Assembly (NCBI GenBank): GCA_964536285.1
Contig: CAZHXG010000005.1
Coordinates: 7,565-71,564 of the forward strand
Length of the DNA: 64,000 nt
Reading direction: 5' to 3'
Source: an uncultured Bifidobacteriaceae bacterium
GTDB lineage: Bacteria > Verrucomicrobiota > Verrucomicrobiia > Limisphaerales > UBA11358
Position numbers and translations under genes: made by a program
Shown here: in pieces, positions 59,851 to 64,000 of the stretch
How the letters are laid out: every line of letters starts with the position of its first letter
How positions within the stretch are numbered: the first letter of the stretch is position 1
The notes under the pieces: model-generated
What the model saw: the letters and a program-made list of their open reading frames with translations, nothing else
Database searches by the model: none
What the model was told of the DNA's origin: nothing

Positions 59851-62721
59851 ATGGATTTAAAATCTCTTTTCGCCTTCGCGTCGCTGCTTCTCTTGACTGT
59901 TTCCGCGAACGCAAAACCTTACGGCCTCGATTCGCGACCGGAAGTCGCGCCGTTCTTGAATGGCGCGATGCCCGAAACCGCGCCGGGCATTTCAGGAAAC
60001 TGGTCGGCGGTCGTCGCGTTCACAAATCTGGTCTTCACAAACTCGGTCGGACTCGCATCTGTTCCGGGTTCAAACCTGCTTTGTCTGTGGGAACGCGAAG
60101 GACGCGTCTGGACTTTTGAAAATTCTCCGGGCGTTGCGCAAAAAAAACTCGTGCTCGACATTCACAATCAATGTCAGGGCTGGGACGACTCCGGTTTGCT
60201 CGGCGTCGCGTTTCATCCCGGTTTCGCGACGAACCATTTTGTTTTCGTTTATTACACATGGGTCAAGCCCGGCACCGTCGTCGGCGACCCGTTCACACGA
60301 CCGAACCCGACTTTGCCTAACACATATCACGACCGGCTCTCTCGCTTCACGCTCGATGAAAACGGAGTCGCGATCCCCGACTCGGAAGTCGTGTTCATCG
60401 ACCAAACCGATCAAACCGTCTGGCATCACGGCGGCGGAATGTTTTTTCATCCGGCAAACGGCTTTCTTTACCTGACCGTCGGCGACAATTCCGTCGGAGA
60501 CAACGACCAGATCATCAACAAGAGTTTGTTCTCCGGCGTGTTGCGGATTGACGTGGATTGTCGCGGCGGAAATGTCAGCCATCTAATCCCGCGCCAGCCG
60601 CTCAACGGCGTGACGGCGAATTATTTCATTCCGAACGACAACCCGTTCGTCGGCCAGTCGAATGTGCTCGAGGAATTTTTCTGCCTCGGCCTGCGCAGTC
60701 CGCACCGGATGACTTGTGATCCGGCGACCGGAAGAATTTTCATCGGCGATGTCGGTGAAAGCGCACGCGAAGAGGTGGATGTAATTGAACCGGTTGAATC
60801 CGGCCTGAATTTCCAATGGCCGTATTGCGAAGGAACGCTGGGGGAAATGAAGTCGCCCTATATCGGCATCAGCCGCGCGCCGGTTCTGGACTATCCGCAC
60901 ACCGACGGCCGCGCGGTCATCGGCGGCTACGTTTATCGCGGCAGGGAATTCGCCGCCGACCTCGGCGGAAAATATATTTTCGGGGACAACGTCTGCCGCA
61001 CGATCTGGGCGATGGACGAGACGACCACGCCCGTGCAAAAAAATCTCCTCTGCGTCATGCCCAAGGGCGACGGCCCGAATTCCGGCTCCGATTATACCGG
61101 CCTTTCGTCATTCGGCACGGACGCGGACGGCGAGATTTATTTTTGCCAGATGAGCAGCATCGGCGGGCGCATCTACAAACTCGCGCGCGGTGGCCCGCCG
61201 CCGCCGAGCCACCCGATGCCCAGACTGCTTTCGCAGACCGGCGCGTTCGCGGATCTGGAAAAGTTGCAGCCGCAGAATTTTCTAATCCCCTACTCCGTCA
61301 ACTCGCCGCTCTGGTCGGACGGCGCGGTGAAATCGCGCTGGATGGCGCTGCCCGATGATTCGAAAATCAACTTTGCCGCGACCGGCGAATGGAAATTCCC
61401 CGCCGGAACCGTCTTCGTGAAAAACTTTTTACTGCCCGTGAACGACACGGACCCGAAAATCCTGCACCGGCTGGAGACACGGCTGCTCGTGTGCGACACC
61501 AACGGCGCGGTCTACGGCGCGAGTTACAAATGGCGCGCGGACGATTCCGACGCCGATTTGGTGACGGCTGGGACGAATGAGGAAATCCAGATCAAGACTT
61601 CCACCGGCGTCCGCGTCCAAAAATGGTTTTATCCCGGGCGGCAGGATTGCCTGACCTGCCACACTCCGGCTTCCGGCGGCGTGCTCGGCGTCAAGACGCG
61701 CCAGCTCAACGGCGATTTCAAATATCCAAACGGCGTGACCGACAACCAGCTTCGCGCCTGGAACCACATCGGGCTGTTCGACACCGCGCTCGACGAAAAG
61801 CAGATTCCGCGCTTCGAAAAACTCGTGCCCATCACGGACACCGCCGCGCCGTTGAACCTTCGCGTCCGTTCCTACTTCGACGCGAACTGCGCGCAATGCC
61901 ATCGTCCCGGCGGCGCCGGGGCGTTTTTCGACGCGCGGTTCGACACGCCGTTCGCCAAACAGGGCTTCGTCAACGGCCCGGTGGAAAATCCGCTCGGCAT
62001 TCCCGGAGCGAAAATCGTCGTGCCCGGCGACACCGCCAAATCCGTCCTCTTCCATCGCATCGGCATCACCGGCAATGATCAGATGCCGCCGCTCGCAAAA
62101 AACGTCGTGGACACCAAAGCCGTCGCCGTCGTCGCTGCGTGGATCAACTCGCTGAACTTCACCGCCGCGTCCCTTCCGGCCAACTGGTCGCACGCCGACA
62201 TCGGCAAGGTCGGTTTTCCTGGCGACGCGAGTTTTCTGAACGGCTGCTTCAACCTCATCGCCTCCGGCAGCGACATCTGGGAAAACGCCGACAGTTTTCA
62301 TTTCGCCTGCATGCCGTTGACCGGCGACGGGCAGATCGTCGCGCACATCGTCTCGATGCAATACACGGATCCGTGGGCGAAAGCGGGCGTGATGTTCCGC
62401 GAAAAATTTTCGCCCGGCTCCAAATACACGTTCGAAGCTGTCACCGCAGGCGGCCTCTCCACTTTTCAACGGCGCACAAAGCCGGATGCCTCCAGCGGCA
62501 ACACCGACGTCTTGTCCACGACCGTTCCGCACTGGGTGAAACTGGTTCGCGCAGGCGACACCTTCACCGGATTTGTTTCGGCGGACGGCAACGACTGGCA
62601 GCGCGTGGACAGCGTGACGGTTCCGATGGAGAAAAAGATTTACGTCGGCCTTGCGCTTTCCGCGCACAATAATTCGGAGTTGAACTCGACGCTCTTCGAC
62701 AATGTCACCGTCTCGCCCTGA
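59851..62721 (+). CDS. Secreted fusion protein: sGDH-like (PQQ-dependent sugar dehydrogenase) beta-propeller + diheme c-type cytochrome region + C-terminal jelly-roll (DUF1349/ConA-like) domain
   Basis: Signal peptide [21 protein letters not shown] (ATG at 59851). sGDH-like blocks are [45 protein letters not shown]. There are two heme motifs (CLTCH, CAQCH) and a C-terminal block ([14 protein letters not shown]...[12 protein letters not shown]...[23 protein letters not shown]). Confidence 0.8.
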   Translation: MDLKSLFAFASLLLLTVSANAKPYGLDSRPEVAPFLNGAMPETAPGISGNWSAVVAFTNLVFTNSVGLASVPGSNLLCLWEREGRVWTFENSPGVAQKKLVLDIHNQCQGWDDSGLLGVAFHPGFATNHFVFVYYTWVKPGTVVGDPFTRPNPTLPNTYHDRLSRFTLDENGVAIPDSEVVFIDQTDQTVWHHGGGMFFHPANGFLYLTVGDNSVGDNDQIINKSLFSGVLRIDVDCRGGNVSHLIPRQPLNGVTANYFIPNDNPFVGQSNVLEEFFCLGLRSPHRMTCDPATGRIFIGDVGESAREEVDVIEPVESGLNFQWPYCEGTLGEMKSPYIGISRAPVLDYPHTDGRAVIGGYVYRGREFAADLGGKYIFGDNVCRTIWAMDETTTPVQKNLLCVMPKGDGPNSGSDYTGLSSFGTDADGEIYFCQMSSIGGRIYKLARGGPPPPSHPMPRLLSQTGAFADLEKLQPQNFLIPYSVNSPLWSDGAVKSRWMALPDDSKINFAATGEWKFPAGTVFVKNFLLPVNDTDPKILHRLETRLLVCDTNGAVYGASYKWRADDSDADLVTAGTNEEIQIKTSTGVRVQKWFYPGRQDCLTCHTPASGGVLGVKTRQLNGDFKYPNGVTDNQLRAWNHIGLFDTALDEKQIPRFEKLVPITDTAAPLNLRVRSYFDANCAQCHRPGGAGAFFDARFDTPFAKQGFVNGPVENPLGIPGAKIVVPGDTAKSVLFHRIGITGNDQMPPLAKNVVDTKAVAVVAAWINSLNFTAASLPANWSHADIGKVGFPGDASFLNGCFNLIASGSDIWENADSFHFACMPLTGDGQIVAHIVSMQYTDPWAKAGVMFREKFSPGSKYTFEAVTAGGLSTFQRRTKPDASSGNTDVLSTTVPHWVKLVRAGDTFTGFVSADGNDWQRVDSVTVPMEKKIYVGLALSAHNNSELNSTLFDNVTVSP

Positions 62722-62768
62722 TTGCATCGCATCTCGACAAACCGGCGCATTTTCTTAAATTGTTTGCG

Positions 62769-63551
62769 ATGTCGAACCAGCCATTGGTCATCGCGGGAAG
62801 AATTTTCCGTTCGCGGCTCATCATGGGCACGGGAAAATTCTCGTCGTCCGAAGCCATGCGCGACGCGCTTGAAGCGAGCGGCGCGGAAATGGTGACAGTC
62901 GCTCTGCGCCGCGCCGATCTGTCCGGCAAAAATGACCCGTTCGCGAACATCCTGGAATTCATCGACCCGAAAAAATTCCTTTTGCTGCCCAACACGAGCG
63001 GCGCGATGAACGCCGAGGAAGCCGTCCGCCTCGCGCGCCTCGCAGCCGCCGCCGGTCTGCCTAAATGGGTGAAACTTGAAATCCATCCCGACCCGCGCTA
63101 TCTGCTGCCGGACCCGATTGAAACGTTTCGCGCGGCGGAAATTTTGGTGAAGGAAGGTTTCACGGTTTTGCCTTACATCAACGCCGATCCGGTTTTGGCG
63201 AAGCGGTTGCAGGATGCCGGCTGCGCGACGGTGATGCCGCTCGGCTCGCCCATCGGTTCGAATCGTGGCATACAGACGCGCGACCAAATCCGCATCATCA
63301 TCGAGCAGGCGACCGTGCCGGTGGTCGTGGATGCCGGACTGGGCGCGCCGAGTCACGCGGCGGAGGCGATGGAGATGGGCGCGGACGCGGTTTTGATCAA
63401 CACGGCGATCGCCGTTGCGAACGAACCGAACAAAATGGCCGTCGCGTTCAAGATGGCCGTTGAAGCCGGACGCGCCGCCTATGAAGCCGGGCTCGGCATG
63501 CAAAACGAAACCGCCAGCCCGACGAGTCCGTTGACAGCGTTTCTTGATTAG
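62769..63551 (+). CDS. thiG: Thiazole synthase
   Basis: [24 protein letters not shown]..., [52 protein letters not shown]. The track start (62760) is TTG; the ATG at 62769 is preferred. Confidence 0.95.
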   Translation: MSNQPLVIAGRIFRSRLIMGTGKFSSSEAMRDALEASGAEMVTVALRRADLSGKNDPFANILEFIDPKKFLLLPNTSGAMNAEEAVRLARLAAAAGLPKWVKLEIHPDPRYLLPDPIETFRAAEILVKEGFTVLPYINADPVLAKRLQDAGCATVMPLGSPIGSNRGIQTRDQIRIIIEQATVPVVVDAGLGAPSHAAEAMEMGADAVLINTAIAVANEPNKMAVAFKMAVEAGRAAYEAGLGMQNETASPTSPLTAFLD

Positions 63552-63689
63552 TCGCGGGCGTCCGGTTCAACCGCTTGAAAATTTCTCCAATCAATATGTC
63601 GCTCCTCACCGGCCGGCAGTTTTTGTTTCTTGCTTCCGATGGCGAAATCTTTGTTTCCTTAATCCGCCAGTCCGGTTAAAAGATAACCC

Positions 63690-64000
63690 GTGAACCGCAC
63701 CACCTTATCCCCCGCGCGGGCGCGGCAGATTCTGGCCGCCGCGTCGAAAAGCCGCGTTCTCGTTCTTGGCGACGTGATGCTCGACCAGTTCATCTGGGGC
63801 GGCGTGTCGCGCATCTCGCCGGAAGCGCCCGTGCCGGTCGTGGATTTCCAGCGCGAAAGCTTCATGCCTGGCGGCGCGGCGAACGTCGCGCGCAATCTGG
63901 CGTCATTGTTCGTACCGTCTGAAATTTTCGGCGCGACCGGCGATGACGACGCCGCGAGAAAACTTCAAAGCCTTTTGTCGGAACAAAACATCAATTGCAG
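63690..64000 (+). CDS. hldE: D-glycero-beta-D-manno-heptose-7-phosphate kinase domain (RfaE/HldE domain I), 5' partial
   Basis: Not in the ORF track because it runs off the window. A GTG at 63690, right after an in-frame TAA, gives VNRTTLSPARARQILAAASKSRVLVLGDVMLDQFIWGGVSRISPEAPVPVVDFQRESFMPGGAANVARNLASL, the characteristic RfaE N-terminus. Confidence 0.8.
   Translation, partial: MNRTTLSPARARQILAAASKSRVLVLGDVMLDQFIWGGVSRISPEAPVPVVDFQRESFMPGGAANVARNLASLFVPSEIFGATGDDDAARKLQSLLSEQNINC

Noticed and set aside
62722-62768. A possible TPP riboswitch upstream of thiG.
   Set aside because: The spacer to the preceding gene is under 50 nt, which is too short for a THI-box aptamer, and no CUGAGA core is visible.

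Overview
This 64-kb chromosomal window looks like a PVC-superphylum bacterium, probably Verrucomicrobiota, judging by gene content and synteny (inference; no database search was possible).

Layout:
(i) 0.6-18.8 kb: one uninterrupted minus-strand block of 16 translation/transcription genes and 3 tRNAs (tRNA-Thr, tuf, tRNA-Trp, tRNA-Ser, secE, nusG, rplKAJL, rpoBC, rpsLG, fusA, rpsJ, rplCDW).
(ii) 19-29 kb: SulP transporter, XerC/D-type recombinase, PEP-CTERM protein, topoisomerase III, acetyl-CoA synthetase, S8 peptidase.
(iii) 29-32.3 kb: dTDP-rhamnose genes separated by palindromic CACAGAT-iteron repeat elements.
(iv) 32.4-38.1 kb: clpC and mcsA-mcsB, split by an AT-rich opposite-strand GT-C/TPR membrane gene.
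(v) 38-48.6 kb: ilvE, tRNA-Glu, PA14 exoprotein, cls, mbfA-like, M20 peptidase, maf, aroK, queG.
(vi) 48.6-59.6 kb: a tightly coupled 10-gene respiratory operon, alternative complex III (actABCDEF) followed by a cbb3-like module.
(vii) 59.9-64 kb: sGDH/cytochrome c fusion exoprotein, thiG, and the 5' part of hldE/rfaE.

The most interesting observation is in the cbb3-like module. Its CcoN-like subunit appears to have lost all six heme/Cu-ligand histidines and the cross-link tyrosine, yet the gene is intact and embedded in the operon. Its CcoO-like partner keeps its heme c site and carries a roughly 60-aa insertion that resembles the ribosomal L7/L12 C-terminal domain.

I saw no CRISPR array, prophage, transposase or recognisable defence system. 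Many long ORFs in the track are antisense shadows of real genes and were discarded. The ORF track also uses GTG/TTG starts, so several starts were re-evaluated.
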